Shown here: in pieces, positions 20,986 through 32,704 of the stretch
Position numbering within the stretch: the first letter of the stretch is position 1
Layout of the letters: each line of letters opens with the position of its first letter
Assembly (NCBI GenBank): GCA_052034135.1
Contig: JBPOJC010000013.1
Span: 62,538 to 126,537 of the forward strand
Reading direction: 5' to 3'
DNA length: 64,000 bases
Source of the DNA: Caldisericota bacterium
GTDB lineage: Bacteria > Caldisericota > Caldisericia > UBA6126 > JAGPKI01
The notes under the pieces: generated by a model
Seen by the model: only the letters and a program-made list of their open reading frames with translations
What the model was told of the DNA's origin: nothing
Databases searched by the model: none
Program-made: the position numbers and the translations under genes

Positions 20986-22170
20986 ATGAAGCCTTTAACT
21001 GGAATTAAGGTACTTGATCTTACACGTGTTCTTGCGGGACCATTATGCACTGCGATCTTGGGAGACCTTGGTGCAGATGTAATAAAAATAGAAAATCCTA
21101 AAAAAGGTGATGAAACAAGAGGATGGGGTCCACCTTTTGTAAATGGCGAAAGCGCATATTATCTCTGCGCTAACAGGAATAAACGCTCTGTTACTTTAAA
21201 CTTTAAGTCAGAGGAAGCAAGTAAAATTATCAATAGTCTTGCAGCTAATTCAGATGTAGTAGTTCTAAACTATACTCCAGCTCGGATTGAAAAATTTAAC
21301 TTTTCATATGAAAGGTTTAAATCAATAAATGAAAAAATAATATGGGCAAACATTAGTGGGTTTGGTTTAACTGGACCCCGCAAAGATGAACCAGGCTATG
21401 ATATAATGATTCAGGGACAGAGCGGACTTATGAGTATAACAGGTGAAGAAAATGGAGAACCAATGAAAGTTGGAGTAGCAATTGTTGATGTAATCACTGC
21501 ATTATATAATGTAATATCAATAATTTCAGCTATTAGAAGAAGAGACATTGAAGGTTTCGGAGCCAAAATTGATAATTCACTTTTAGAATGTGCTACTTCA
21601 TCGCTTGTTAATGTAGCAAGCGGATACCTTATTAGTGGAGATCTGCCAAAAAGATATGGTAATGCCCATCCAAACATTGTCCCATATCAAGTTTTCAAAG
21701 CTCTTGATGGGTATTTCATTTTAGCTATCGGAAATGATGATCAATGGATGAGGCTTTGTAAGGTAATTGAAAGAGAAGACATATTGAGCGATAAAAGGTT
21801 TTCAACTAATACCGATAGAGTTAAAAACAGGGAAGATTTGATACCAGTATTAAGTCAGGAATTCCAAAAAAAGAATATGGACTATTGGCTATCTTCATTC
21901 AAACTTAATAATATTCCTTCTGGTCCTGTAAATACAATTGATAAAACTCTAAATGACCCACAAATTATTGATAGAGGATTGATTGCTTCCATTATGCACC
22001 CTCTATGCGGAGAAATAAAACTTTTGCGAAACCCAATTCATTTAGATAATTCAAATTTAGATATTGAAAGGCACCCTCCACTATTAGGAGAACATACAAA
22101 TGAAATTTTAAAAGAGTTAGGCTATACCGAAGCTGAAATAGAAGAACTCAAAGCAAAGAATGTGATATAA
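20986..22170 (+). CDS. Family III CoA-transferase (CaiB/BaiF/Frc-like).
   Basis: The N-terminal GIKVLDLTRVLAGP is typical. The conserved Asp in the GYD context supports family III CoA transferases. Confidence 0.75.
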   Translation: MKPLTGIKVLDLTRVLAGPLCTAILGDLGADVIKIENPKKGDETRGWGPPFVNGESAYYLCANRNKRSVTLNFKSEEASKIINSLAANSDVVVLNYTPARIEKFNFSYERFKSINEKIIWANISGFGLTGPRKDEPGYDIMIQGQSGLMSITGEENGEPMKVGVAIVDVITALYNVISIISAIRRRDIEGFGAKIDNSLLECATSSLVNVASGYLISGDLPKRYGNAHPNIVPYQVFKALDGYFILAIGNDDQWMRLCKVIEREDILSDKRFSTNTDRVKNREDLIPVLSQEFQKKNMDYWLSSFKLNNIPSGPVNTIDKTLNDPQIIDRGLIASIMHPLCGEIKLLRNPIHLDNSNLDIERHPPLLGEHTNEILKELGYTEAEIEELKAKNVI

Positions 22171-22237
22171 AATACACTTAAATCTAATTATGGAAAATAT
22201 TATAAATTATACACTCTGAATCATAACCACATTACCG

Positions 22238-22410
22238 TCTTCCTGAGGGAGTGTATTTTGCGACCGAAGGATCCCATTCTCGGTGTCATTCCAAGCGATT
22301 GCGGGAATCCAGAAAGCAATAAATAATATGGATCCCCGATAAAAGATTTCGGGGATGACAGTTGTGTGGATTTCGGGGATGACAAAAGTAAAAAGAGGAG
22401 ATTCTTCGTT
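22238..22410. repeat. Copy 2 of the mosaic dispersed repeat family (module A plus a hairpin module).
   Basis: It shares 50 identical nt with 9290..9340. It contains the perfect hairpin atccccga-taaaagatt-tcggggat and a tandem tttcggggatgaca motif. 22325..22380 is the reverse complement of 61262..61320. Confidence 0.8.
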
Positions 22411-22546
22411 AAATCTGCAAAAAAAGCACCATCGGAATGTAAAAAAAAATACTAATCAACCAATAGATAGATTCGAGAATGAGAAAAGAACAAATCCAAA
22501 AAACCTTTACTTGAAAAAGTGAAAATAAATCCTTAGAATTAACCTT

Positions 22547-23818
22547 ATGAAATTTAGAAGACTTCCAGGCACAAGAGATATATTACCAGAAGAGGCATTA
22601 ATATGGGAAAAAGTGGAAAATGTCATAAAGGAGACTGCAAAAGCTTATTCGTACTTCGAAATAATAACTCCCACATTTGAAAGTTCAGGGTTGTTCACTC
22701 ATTCTGTAGGAGATTCAACTGATATTGTTACCAAAGAAATGTATACTTTTACTGATAAAGGCGGCAGAGAAATCACTCTTAAACCTGAGGGCACCGCGCC
22801 AGTAGTTAGAGCCTACATAGAAAATAACTTGAGTGCCAATCCTAAACCGGTAAAGCTTTTCTATATAGACCGATTCTTTAGATATGAGCGTCCACAAAAG
22901 GGTAGATTGAGGGAATTTCATCAGTTTGGAGCAGAAGTATTTGGTAGTTCGAGTACCCTTGTTGAGGTAGAATTAATAAAATTATCTTTTGAAATTCTTG
23001 AGAAATTGGGTTTTAAGGATCTTACAGTTGATATTAACACTATTGGTTGTAGAGACTGCAATCCAAAATACAAAGAATCCTTAAAGGATTATTTCAATAC
23101 TCATAGAGAAGATCTTTGTGATGACTGTAAAAATAGAATTGAAAGAAATGTGTTAAGAGTCCTTGATTGCAAAGAAGAAGGTTGCAAAAAAGTAGTCAAA
23201 AACGCTCCAAAGATAAACAATTATTTATGCAATGATTGTGAAACTCAATTCGAAGAACTTAAAACAAATTTAGATAAATTTGACATTAGTTACAAATTGA
23301 ATGAACATCTTGTGAGGGGTCTTGATTATTATAATAGGACTGTTTTTGAAGTTATATCATCTTCCCTCGGTTCTCAAAATGCCCTCCTTGGTGGGGGTAG
23401 ATATGACTATCTTGTTAAAGACTTAGGGAGTATTGATACTCCGGCTTGTGGCTTTGCTCTTGGCATGGAAAGACTAATCATGCTAATAAATGAAGGGAAT
23501 TTAATTAGCACTGTCCCTGCTGCACCTCTTATTTACATTGCTAATACCGGTGGTGATGCATTAACTCAGTCATTTAAGCTTGCCAATATTTTAAGAAAAG
23601 AAAATTTTAGTACTGAAGTTGACCTTGAAGGGAAGGGAATTAAGAAGGGACTTAGTTTTGCAGAAAAGAAGAGGATAAAGAAAGTAATAATAATCGGGGA
23701 AGATGAAGTTAAAAATGGTAACTATACATTACGAGATATGGATTCGCGAAGTCAGGATACATATTTTTTAAATGACCTGTTAAGCTATTTAAAATCTTTA
23801 AAGGTGAAAGAAGAATGA
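22547..23818 (+). CDS. hisS: Histidyl-tRNA synthetase.
   Basis: It has class II aaRS motifs, the RLPGTRD start, and a C-terminal anticodon-binding domain. Confidence 0.9.
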   Translation: MKFRRLPGTRDILPEEALIWEKVENVIKETAKAYSYFEIITPTFESSGLFTHSVGDSTDIVTKEMYTFTDKGGREITLKPEGTAPVVRAYIENNLSANPKPVKLFYIDRFFRYERPQKGRLREFHQFGAEVFGSSSTLVEVELIKLSFEILEKLGFKDLTVDINTIGCRDCNPKYKESLKDYFNTHREDLCDDCKNRIERNVLRVLDCKEEGCKKVVKNAPKINNYLCNDCETQFEELKTNLDKFDISYKLNEHLVRGLDYYNRTVFEVISSSLGSQNALLGGGRYDYLVKDLGSIDTPACGFALGMERLIMLINEGNLISTVPAAPLIYIANTGGDALTQSFKLANILRKENFSTEVDLEGKGIKKGLSFAEKKRIKKVIIIGEDEVKNGNYTLRDMDSRSQDTYFLNDLLSYLKSLKVKEE

Positions 23819-25587
23819 AATACCGTGATTATTACTGCGGAGAGATAGATGAGCAAACTGTTGGTAAAAATATTAATCTTTCTGGCTGGGTGGATAGGAA
23901 AAGAGAAGTAGGGGCTATAACTTTTATATTACTTAGGGATAGAACAGGCTTAGTTCAACTTGTTTTTGACTCAGTATACTCTAAGGTATCTTTTGACATT
24001 GCAGGTAACTTAAGCCACGAAGATGTTATAAAAATTAATGGTCTTGTACGGGAAAGAGCACTAAAAGATATAAATAGTTCAATGAAAACGGGTAAATTAG
24101 AAGTACTCGTTGAAAATATAGAAATACTCAATAAAACAACGGAACTACCATTTCAGATACAGAACTCAGAAAATATAACAGAAAATTTAAGGCTTAAATA
24201 TCGCTACATCGACTTAAGAAATCCGCAAGTATTTAAAAATATTTATTCAAGGCACTTGGTTTTACAGGTTGTAAGGAAGTTCTTTTCTGATAATGGTTTT
24301 ATAGAGGTTGAAACTCCTTACCTTGGCAGAAGTACTCCAGAAGGTGCAAGAGACTATCTTGTTCCATCACGTTTAAACCCAGGTAAATTTTACGCTTTAA
24401 CACAATCACCTCAACTATATAAACAGCTTCTTATGATCGGTGGAATTGATAAATATTTTCAGCTCTCCCGCTGTTTTAGGGATGAGGACTTTAGGCTTGA
24501 CAGACAGCCGGAATTCACTCAGATTGATTTCGAAATGTCATTTATAACTGAAGATGATATAAGAAAGCTAATAGAAGATCTAATGAAACAAGTATTCAAG
24601 GAAGTTTTAGGCATTGAAATTGTAACTCCCTTTCCCTGTATAAGTTATAATGATTCAATTTCCAGATATGGTACTGATAAGCCTGACTTGAGGTTTCCAT
24701 TTGAAATAAAAGATTTAACTGATATTTTCTTAAATTCATTATTTGAACCATATAAAAATATTGCAATTGACGGAGGAATTATCGGCGCCATAAATATTGA
24801 CTCAAAAATACTACCTCTTTCGAGAAAAGATGAAGAAGAAATAATAGAAATGATGAACTTTACAAATGGCTCTATAAAGACCTTGAGAGTACGAGAAGAG
24901 GATATTTCATTTAGTGGAATAAAATTTCTCTTAAAAGAGCAGATTGAAGAACTTACAAAAAGGCTTGAGTGCAATAAAAAGGACACTGCCTTTATTGTTT
25001 CGGGTAAAGCAGGAGATGTCTATAAAATACTTGGAAATATTAGAACTGAGATAATAAAGAGGCTACCAAAAGAGAAAAATGTATTCAAATTTGCATGGAT
25101 AACAGATTTTAATCTTTTTGAGTGGAATGAAGAAGAAAAAAGGTTCGTTTCGAGCCAGCATCCATTTACTCTTCCAAATATTGATGACTTTAAAAAATAT
25201 AAAGAAAATAATCCCTTGAAAATCAGAGCTAATTCATCTGATCTTGTTTTAAACGGCTTTGAGCTGGGCTCGGGGGGATTAAGGATAAATAATCCAGATA
25301 TGCAAATAGAAGTGTTTAAAATTTTAGGACTTTCAGAAAATGAAATTTATGACAAATTTGGCTTTCTAATAGAAGCATTGAGTAAAGGAGCACCTCCTGA
25401 AGGAGGCTTTGCTATAGGAGTTGATAGGCTTGTTATGCTAATTACAGATGCATCATCCCTAAGGGATGTAATAGCATTCCCCAAAAATACACGCGGTGCT
25501 TCACCTTTAACGGGTGAACCAACTGAAGTAGACGAGAAACAACTTAAAGAATTAAAAATTAAAGTTGTTAAGGAAGGTGAAGATTGA
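23815..25587 (+). CDS. aspS: Aspartyl-tRNA synthetase (bacterial type, with GAD insertion).
   Basis: It has an OB-fold N-terminus. Class II motifs are [16 protein letters not shown] and, at the C-terminus, [12 protein letters not shown]. It overlaps the hisS stop (ATGA). Confidence 0.9.
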   Translation: MKYRDYYCGEIDEQTVGKNINLSGWVDRKREVGAITFILLRDRTGLVQLVFDSVYSKVSFDIAGNLSHEDVIKINGLVRERALKDINSSMKTGKLEVLVENIEILNKTTELPFQIQNSENITENLRLKYRYIDLRNPQVFKNIYSRHLVLQVVRKFFSDNGFIEVETPYLGRSTPEGARDYLVPSRLNPGKFYALTQSPQLYKQLLMIGGIDKYFQLSRCFRDEDFRLDRQPEFTQIDFEMSFITEDDIRKLIEDLMKQVFKEVLGIEIVTPFPCISYNDSISRYGTDKPDLRFPFEIKDLTDIFLNSLFEPYKNIAIDGGIIGAINIDSKILPLSRKDEEEIIEMMNFTNGSIKTLRVREEDISFSGIKFLLKEQIEELTKRLECNKKDTAFIVSGKAGDVYKILGNIRTEIIKRLPKEKNVFKFAWITDFNLFEWNEEEKRFVSSQHPFTLPNIDDFKKYKENNPLKIRANSSDLVLNGFELGSGGLRINNPDMQIEVFKILGLSENEIYDKFGFLIEALSKGAPPEGGFAIGVDRLVMLITDASSLRDVIAFPKNTRGASPLTGEPTEVDEKQLKELKIKVVKEGED

Positions 25588-26648
25588 ATAGAAAAGATAG
25601 TTTAGAAAAATTAAAATCACAAAATCTTGATGCTTTTTTAGTTACAAAAGGAGAGAACCTAAGATTTTTAACTAACTTTTCAGGAATGGAAGGGTTTGCA
25701 GTAATTAATGCAAATGGAAGTTGCTATTTGATTACAGATAGTAGGTATACATATCAGGCTGAAATGGAAGTTTTCGAAACAGAAGTATTGGAGTATCAGT
25801 ACAAAAATTTAATCGATAAAATTAGTGAAGTTTTAAAAAATACAAAAAGAGTTGGTATCGAAGGTTCTATGACTATTTCCTTTTACAACAAGCTCAAATC
25901 TAAACTTGAAAATAATGAATTTGTTGAGTGCAGTAACTTCTTTGAAGAATTAAGAATGGTTAAATCGCAAAATGAGCAGGATTTAATTGAAGCTTCCTCT
26001 CAAATTGCTTGTGAAGCTTACTTAAAAACTCTTGAGAATGTAAAAGAAGGAATAACCGAAATCGAACTTTCAGCCATTCTTGAATATGAAATGAAAAAAA
26101 GAGGTGCCACAAAAGCATCTTTTGACCTAATAGTTGCATCGGGGAAGAGAAGTGCAATGCCACATGGTTTAGCTTCTGAAAAAAAGATTGAGAAGGGAGA
26201 TATTATTACTTTTGATTTTGGTAGTTTCTATAAAGGCTATGCATCTGATTGCACAAGAACAATTTCCCTCGGAAGACCTAAAGATAGTAAGTCTTATGAA
26301 ATTTATAAAATTGTACTTGATGCTCAGCTCTCTGCGCTTAGCAAAATAAAAGAAGGTACAATAGCAAAAGAAGTTGATTTAGAAGCCCGTAATTTAATAA
26401 CGAAAGCAGGTTATGGAGATAATTTTGGACATAGCACAGGACATGGTGTAGGCCTTGAAATACATGAACTGCCTCACATTTCTATAGAGTCTGAAACAGT
26501 TCTAAAAGAAGGTATGGTAATAACTGTCGAACCTGGGATTTATTTAAATGATAAATTTGGCATAAGAATAGAAGACCTTGTGATAGTTACAAAGAATGGT
26601 TGCAAGAATTTAACAAATTTGGAAAAAGAAACCCTCATAGAACTTTGA
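25584..26648 (+). CDS. pepP: M24B Xaa-Pro aminopeptidase / creatinase-like peptidase.
   Basis: The pita-bread fold metal ligands are conserved ([17 protein letters not shown]). It overlaps the aspS stop. Confidence 0.8.
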   Translation: MNRKDSLEKLKSQNLDAFLVTKGENLRFLTNFSGMEGFAVINANGSCYLITDSRYTYQAEMEVFETEVLEYQYKNLIDKISEVLKNTKRVGIEGSMTISFYNKLKSKLENNEFVECSNFFEELRMVKSQNEQDLIEASSQIACEAYLKTLENVKEGITEIELSAILEYEMKKRGATKASFDLIVASGKRSAMPHGLASEKKIEKGDIITFDFGSFYKGYASDCTRTISLGRPKDSKSYEIYKIVLDAQLSALSKIKEGTIAKEVDLEARNLITKAGYGDNFGHSTGHGVGLEIHELPHISIESETVLKEGMVITVEPGIYLNDKFGIRIEDLVIVTKNGCKNLTNLEKETLIEL

Positions 26649-27221
26649 AGTTGAAATAACTTCCGCATTATATATTGAGTTTTCTTTATTAATTAAATCG
26701 ATCGAAGGTTTATCCTATTATTCTTGGATTTTCTCTTTGTGTATTTCTTATATAATTCATTATCATTATATAAATGTATCTATTTGGAATTCGGTATCAT
26801 TTGTTATCCTCGAATGTATTTATTGAGGATCCAGACCAATTACCGAAAGTTTTGAATGACTGAATTAACAATTTTACCCCACTATATACTTATATTATTG
26901 TTCTACCCCACTAATTAATTGGACGGTTTGTAATAAAATTAAGAGTACAAATAAGGTAGTAGTACTCGAACTTGCTTTTATACAACCCCAACCATATATA
27001 ACCCTAAGCTATTCATTGGTAGAGATGAAGTTCTTTATGGCTATGAAACCTTACAAAGGTACAAATATTTAATACATAAGTATTCTACTATAAATGTTTT
27101 CAAAGTTCTTGATTCCTTCTTATGCAGAAATAATAACATATATTAAATAGTGTTGAGATATACATTTTTTATAGATACAGTTAGGAATAACGGAAAGATA
27201 GAAAATAAGATTTTAACTTTA

Positions 27222-28589
27222 TCAAGCCCATTTAATTGAAAGAGAGTGTAGAGATTTCTCAATCTCAGACTTAATAAATTCAAGCTTTTCTTTCGTTCTT
27301 GCTTCACACCTTACAATTATTTCAGGTGCAGTGTTTGATGCTCTAATTAATCCCCATCCATCTTCTATTTGAAATCTTACTCCATCAATATCTAATATAT
27401 TATATTTTAATGCAAAATAGGCTTTTGCTTCTTCGACTAATTTAAATTTTTCTTCATCTGTTGTTTTTACTCTTATCTCAGGAGTTGAATAAACCTTTGG
27501 TAAGTCAGATAGCATTTCACTAATAGATTGATCGGAATTAGATAGAATACGTATCAATCTCAAAGCAGCATAGACAGCATCATCATAACCAAAATATTCG
27601 TCCTTAAAGAACATATGTCCTGACATTTCACCAGCTAAAATTGCATTTATTTCTCTCATTTTTGCTTTCATTAGTGAATGCCCTGTTTTATACATAATTG
27701 GTATACCGCCGAGCCTTTTTATTTCGTCATAAAGTAGTTGAGAGCACTTTACATCAAACAATATTTTAGCTCCTGGATGCCTTTTCAGTACATCTCTTGC
27801 AAAAAGAATCATTATCATATCTCCCCAGATAATGCCACCTTTTTCATCAACAATCCCCAATCTATCCCCATCACCATCAAGGCTAATCCCTACATCATAA
27901 TCACCACTTTTGATTTCTTTAATCAAATCTTTAAGGTTTTCTTCTTTGACTGGATCAGGAAAATGATTTGGAAATGAAGGATCCGATTCACAATATAACT
28001 TCTTAGTGTCGATAGAAAAGCTATCAAAAATTTGTGGAGCAAATAGAGATGCTGTTCCATTTCCGCAATCAAGAATAGTTTTAATCTTTCTATTGCCCAT
28101 ACTGAGAATAGAGTGCAGATGCGTATTATACGCATTAAATATTTCAATATTTTCAACTTTACATGTATTTTCTTTACTTCTAAAGGATCCTTTCTCGACA
28201 ATATCAAGAATTTTTAATATTTCTTCACCATAAATTGTTGATTCACCAAGAAGAACTTTAAACCCGTTATATTCAGAAGGATTATGACTGGCTGTTATCA
28301 TAACACCAGCATCTATATTTAAGTTTTTAGAAGCAAAGTAAAAAATTGGCGTAATGACAGTTCCTATGTCTACTACATTTAAACCATTGTTTGAAAATGA
28401 ATCTAAAAGTATGTCTCTTATATGATCAGAAGAAAATCTATTATCGCGTCCAACAATTAACGTGTCTTTACCATTTTCTATAAAATAAGTCGCAAATGCT
28501 TTACTTAACAAAGATAATACATCATCGGTTAAATCTATTGAAGTTATGCCCCTAATATCATATTCACGGAAGATACTTTTATTTATCAT
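27222..28589 (-). CDS. manB: Phosphomannomutase/phosphoglucomutase (alpha-D-phosphohexomutase).
   Basis: The active-site motif TASHNPSEYNG and the Mg-binding DGDGDR are both present. Confidence 0.85.
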   Translation of the reverse strand: MINKSIFREYDIRGITSIDLTDDVLSLLSKAFATYFIENGKDTLIVGRDNRFSSDHIRDILLDSFSNNGLNVVDIGTVITPIFYFASKNLNIDAGVMITASHNPSEYNGFKVLLGESTIYGEEILKILDIVEKGSFRSKENTCKVENIEIFNAYNTHLHSILSMGNRKIKTILDCGNGTASLFAPQIFDSFSIDTKKLYCESDPSFPNHFPDPVKEENLKDLIKEIKSGDYDVGISLDGDGDRLGIVDEKGGIIWGDMIMILFARDVLKRHPGAKILFDVKCSQLLYDEIKRLGGIPIMYKTGHSLMKAKMREINAILAGEMSGHMFFKDEYFGYDDAVYAALRLIRILSNSDQSISEMLSDLPKVYSTPEIRVKTTDEEKFKLVEEAKAYFALKYNILDIDGVRFQIEDGWGLIRASNTAPEIIVRCEARTKEKLEFIKSEIEKSLHSLSIKWA

Positions 28590-28601
28590 AGACCTAACTC
28601 C

Positions 28602-29669
28602 TTACCTGTATTTTTTAAATTTCTCATCTTCTAATTTAGAAACAACTTTTCTGATGTCCTGAATTTTATCTTTGTGGCAGATTAAAATAGCATTATTGGA
28701 ACTCGCAATAATTAAATCTTTAACTCCAAGAGTAGCAATTAAGTTATTATCAGAGTAAATTATTGAATCAGTGGTATCAATCCCAATATAATCACCCTTG
28801 ATAAGTATATTTCCAGAAGCATCTTTATCAAGAATATTTTCAAATGAGAGCCAATTACCAAGGTCATCCCATCCAATGTCAACTTCTAATGTATATATTT
28901 CATCAATGTTTTCCATAACACCGTAATCTATTGAAATTTTAGGAAATGCTTCATATGTTTTCCTTATTTCTTCAGGATTTTCTGTTTTCAATATGATGTT
29001 TTTAATTCCATCATAGATCTGAGGAAGACAAATTTTAAATTTATCGAGAAAGAAAGACGCTTTAAAAACAAACATCCCACTATTCCATAAATACTTTTCT
29101 GACTGAACATACTCACGAGCCTTTGACAGATTAGGTTTTTCAATAAATTTAACAGCTTTATATACTTTGTATGGAAATTTGCCAAGGGGGTTTTCATCCT
29201 TTAATATGTATCCATAATTAGTTTCTGGTCTTTTGGGTTTTATTCCAAATGTAACTATGCCTTCAATTTTAGATAAGAAATCAAAAGCATTAAACATCTC
29301 TTTAATAAAACTATCTTCATCTAATATTATGTGATCAGCAGGAAGAACAGTAATAATATCGTCCCCTTCTTTTTCTAATAAAAGCATAACACTATAGCCT
29401 AAACAAGGTGCAGTATTCCTGCCAACAGGTTCAGCAATAATGTTGTCTTTCGAAATTTCGGGAATTAATTCCATTACTTTATCTGAAAAATTTTCTGTCG
29501 TAACAATGTAAATCCGATCTTTCGAGACAATCTTCTTTGCTCTATCGTAAGTGTACTCTAAAAGAGTTTTATCTCCATAAAGTTTTAAAAATTGTTTTGG
29601 TGTGTCCTTTCTGCTTACGGGCCAAAAACGCTCTCCTACACCACCCGCCATTATTATTACGCTCGGCAT
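28602..29669 (-). CDS. manC: Mannose-1-phosphate guanylyltransferase (GDP-mannose pyrophosphorylase).
   Basis: It starts with the nucleotidyltransferase motif IIMAGGVGERFWP and is 355 aa. It lies in an operon with manA and manB. Confidence 0.75.
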   Translation of the reverse strand: MPSVIIMAGGVGERFWPVSRKDTPKQFLKLYGDKTLLEYTYDRAKKIVSKDRIYIVTTENFSDKVMELIPEISKDNIIAEPVGRNTAPCLGYSVMLLLEKEGDDIITVLPADHIILDEDSFIKEMFNAFDFLSKIEGIVTFGIKPKRPETNYGYILKDENPLGKFPYKVYKAVKFIEKPNLSKAREYVQSEKYLWNSGMFVFKASFFLDKFKICLPQIYDGIKNIILKTENPEEIRKTYEAFPKISIDYGVMENIDEIYTLEVDIGWDDLGNWLSFENILDKDASGNILIKGDYIGIDTTDSIIYSDNNLIATLGVKDLIIASSNNAILICHKDKIQDIRKVVSKLEDEKFKKYR

Positions 29670-29670
29670 A

Positions 29671-30585
29671 TCAATCTCCTTTCATTTTTATAAGAAAAAA
29701 TTTATCTTTTTTATTTCCTCTAATTTTATATTTCCCATGATCTGCAGTTATTAATACAGTTTCATATTTATCTATTGTTTCATTAGAAGCAATCAAACTA
29801 CAATTTATAGGTATAATAATATTAAATGACACACTTTTTGTATCTAACTCAATTTCAAATGATTCATTTAATTCAATTGTCTCTACAATAAATGTTGGAA
29901 ATTCAAGATTAACTTTTTCTGATCCCTTAATTAATTTTAAATTTTCAGGGTAATTAATCACTTGTAAAGCTTTATCTATATGCAATTCTCTTGGCTTACC
30001 ATCTAATCCTACTCTTCCCCAATCATAAATTCTATAAGTTAAATCAGAATTCATTTGTATTTCTAATAAGGTTATTTCAGGTCCAATTGCGTGAACTACG
30101 CCTGGCTTAATCAAAACCCAATCATTTTCATTAACATTTACATAATTAAGTATTTCATTAAGAGAAAAACTATTTACTAAATTTATGAATTCTTCTTCGG
30201 TAAGTGCCTTTTTAAGTCCACAGATAATTTTTGAATCATTTTCTGTTTCTAAAAAAAACCACATTTCAGTTTTCCCCCAGACTTGAGCTTCATTTTGAAT
30301 TGCAAATTCATCATCTGGATGAACCTGAACGGAGAGCCAATCCGAAGTAGAGATATATTTAATAAGAACAGGAAATTTTGGTAAAGGCGCTTGACTACCA
30401 AAAATCATTTCTGGATATTTCTTCGTAAAATCAGATAGCGTCATTGAGTCGGAATTTATTATTTTATTTTCGCTACCGAGCATCCATAGTTCACCGATAT
30501 TATCTTCATTGATACCAAAATTTTTAAAAAATTTACTTCTTCCCCATACTACTTTTTTGGGTATTGGTAAAAATCTCAGCAACAT
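29671..30585 (-). CDS. manA: Type I mannose-6-phosphate isomerase (cupin).
   Basis: It has the cupin metal-site His residues (QVHPDDE, VHAIGPE). Confidence 0.7.
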   Translation of the reverse strand: MLLRFLPIPKKVVWGRSKFFKNFGINEDNIGELWMLGSENKIINSDSMTLSDFTKKYPEMIFGSQAPLPKFPVLIKYISTSDWLSVQVHPDDEFAIQNEAQVWGKTEMWFFLETENDSKIICGLKKALTEEEFINLVNSFSLNEILNYVNVNENDWVLIKPGVVHAIGPEITLLEIQMNSDLTYRIYDWGRVGLDGKPRELHIDKALQVINYPENLKLIKGSEKVNLEFPTFIVETIELNESFEIELDTKSVSFNIIIPINCSLIASNETIDKYETVLITADHGKYKIRGNKKDKFFLIKMKGD

Positions 30586-30693
30586 TATAAATTGATTTTA
30601 GCAAGTTTATTTGACAATAGCAATTGTTGATTTATATTTTATTAAATAAAACGATTTTTTTCTATTATGGTTTAGGAAAGGGGAATTTGATAA

Positions 30694-31677
30694 ATGCCTT
30701 TACTTGAGGTTAAAGAATTGTGCACAAATTTCTATACAATGGATGGAGTAGTAAATGCAGTAGAAAATGTTAGCTTTTCTCTTGACGAAGCTGAAACATT
30801 GGGTCTTGTCGGCGAATCAGGATGCGGTAAATCTGTTACTTCGCTTTCTATTATGCGACTTATTGCAACTCCTCCTGGAAAAATAGAAAAGGGTGAAATA
30901 ATATTCAATGATGAAGATCTTCTTAAATTAGATGAAGATAAAATGCGAAAGATTCGCGGAAATAAAATTTCTATGATTTTTCAGGAACCCATGACATCAC
31001 TAAATCCTGTATTCACGGTTGGTTTCCAAGTTAGTGAAGTATTAATTAACCATCTTGGTTTAAAAGAAGATGAAGCAAAAGAAAAGGTTATAGAACTCTT
31101 TCAATCGGTAGGTATACCCGACCCACATAGACGCTTTAATAATTTCCCGCATCAAATGAGTGGGGGAATGAAGCAAAGGGTTATGATAGCTATGGCTCTT
31201 GCATGCAACCCTTTACTTCTTATTGCAGATGAACCAACAACAGCTTTAGACGTAACTATACAAGCTCAAATACTCGAACTAATGAAGGATATTAAAAAAA
31301 GAACAAATATGTCAATTTTGCTAATAACTCACAATTTAGCTGTTGTAGCCGAAATGGCAGATTCAATTGCAGTTATGTATGCGGGAAGAATCGTAGAATA
31401 TGCAAATACCAAAGAGATGTTTAAAAATCATTTACATCCTTATACATGGGGTCTTCTCCACTCTATACCAAGAGTTGATAAGCCTAAAACCGATGAGCCG
31501 CTTCCAATAATAGAAGGAGTTGTACCTAATCCTTATCATATGCCTTCTGGATGTAAGTTTAACCCTCGATGTTTTAATGTAAGAGATAAATGCAGAACTA
31601 CGGAACCATCTCTTGAAGAAGTCAATAAAGGGCACTTCGTTAGATGTTGGTTTCCTGTGAATGAGAAAGTTAATTAA
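30694..31677 (+). CDS. oppD: Oligopeptide/dipeptide ABC transporter ATP-binding protein.
   Basis: Walker A is GESGCGKS, the signature is LSGGMKQR, and Walker B is present. There is an OppD-type C-terminal extension with a Cys cluster (CKFNPRC...C). Confidence 0.85.
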   Translation: MPLLEVKELCTNFYTMDGVVNAVENVSFSLDEAETLGLVGESGCGKSVTSLSIMRLIATPPGKIEKGEIIFNDEDLLKLDEDKMRKIRGNKISMIFQEPMTSLNPVFTVGFQVSEVLINHLGLKEDEAKEKVIELFQSVGIPDPHRRFNNFPHQMSGGMKQRVMIAMALACNPLLLIADEPTTALDVTIQAQILELMKDIKKRTNMSILLITHNLAVVAEMADSIAVMYAGRIVEYANTKEMFKNHLHPYTWGLLHSIPRVDKPKTDEPLPIIEGVVPNPYHMPSGCKFNPRCFNVRDKCRTTEPSLEEVNKGHFVRCWFPVNEKVN

Positions 31678-31694
31678 TTAAGGAGCTATAAAAA

Positions 31695-32672
31695 ATGGAG
31701 AAAGAAATATTGTTACAAGCTGAAAATGTAATTAAATATTTTCCAATTTATGGAGGTATTTTAGGTCGTAAAATAGCTGATGTAAAAGCAGTTGATGATA
31801 TTTCTATTAAAATTAGAAAAGGCGAGACTTATGGCTTAGTTGGAGAATCTGGTTCAGGTAAAACAACAGCTGGTAAAACATTTATAAGACTTTACGAACC
31901 AACTGATGGGAAAATATTTTTTAATGGTGAAGAAATTACCAAATTAGAGGGTGAAGCCCTTAGAAAAATTAGACGTAATATGCAGATTATCTTCCAGGAT
32001 CCATATGGTTCATTAAATCCTCGAATACCAGTTGGAGATATCATTGGTGAGCCATTAGTAGTTCATGGAGTAAGAAAACGTAAAGAGATAGAGAAAAGAG
32101 TTAAAGAAATGATGGAAATCGTGGGTTTACGTCCAGAATATTTAAAGAGATATGCACATGAATTTTCCGGTGGACAAAGGCAAAGAATTGGTATAGCAAG
32201 AGCGCTTATTCTAAGCCCTGCTTTTATTGTTTGCGACGAACCAATATCTGCCTTGGATGTTTCTATTCAATCACAAATAATTAACCTGCTTCAAGAGCTA
32301 CAGAAAAAATTTAATTTAACATATCTTTTTATAGCTCATGATTTAGCAGTTGTAAGACATATGTCAGATACAATAGGTGTTATGTATCTTGGAAAATTAG
32401 TTGAAGTTGCACAAAACGAAAAGTTATTTACAAATCCACTTCATCCTTATACGCACGCGCTTTTAAATGCTGTTCCTATTCCTGATCCAGAAGCTAAAAA
32501 AGAGAGAGAAATTATTTTAGGAGATATACCATCCCCCATTAATCCGCCATCTGGATGTAGATTTAGAACACGCTGCCCTCATGCGATAAGAGAATGCTCA
32601 GAAACTGTTCCTTCGCTAATAGAATATGAAAATGACCATTTTGCTGCCTGCATCAGAATAGGAAAAATTTGA
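31695..32672 (+). CDS. oppF: Oligopeptide/dipeptide ABC transporter ATP-binding protein.
   Basis: It has GESGSGKTT and FSGGQRQR. The C-terminal Cys cluster is CRFRTRCPH..C. Confidence 0.85.
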   Translation: MEKEILLQAENVIKYFPIYGGILGRKIADVKAVDDISIKIRKGETYGLVGESGSGKTTAGKTFIRLYEPTDGKIFFNGEEITKLEGEALRKIRRNMQIIFQDPYGSLNPRIPVGDIIGEPLVVHGVRKRKEIEKRVKEMMEIVGLRPEYLKRYAHEFSGGQRQRIGIARALILSPAFIVCDEPISALDVSIQSQIINLLQELQKKFNLTYLFIAHDLAVVRHMSDTIGVMYLGKLVEVAQNEKLFTNPLHPYTHALLNAVPIPDPEAKKEREIILGDIPSPINPPSGCRFRTRCPHAIRECSETVPSLIEYENDHFAACIRIGKI

Positions 32673-32704
32673 ACTTTTTTTAATTTATTTTTGGAGGTTT
32701 TAAA

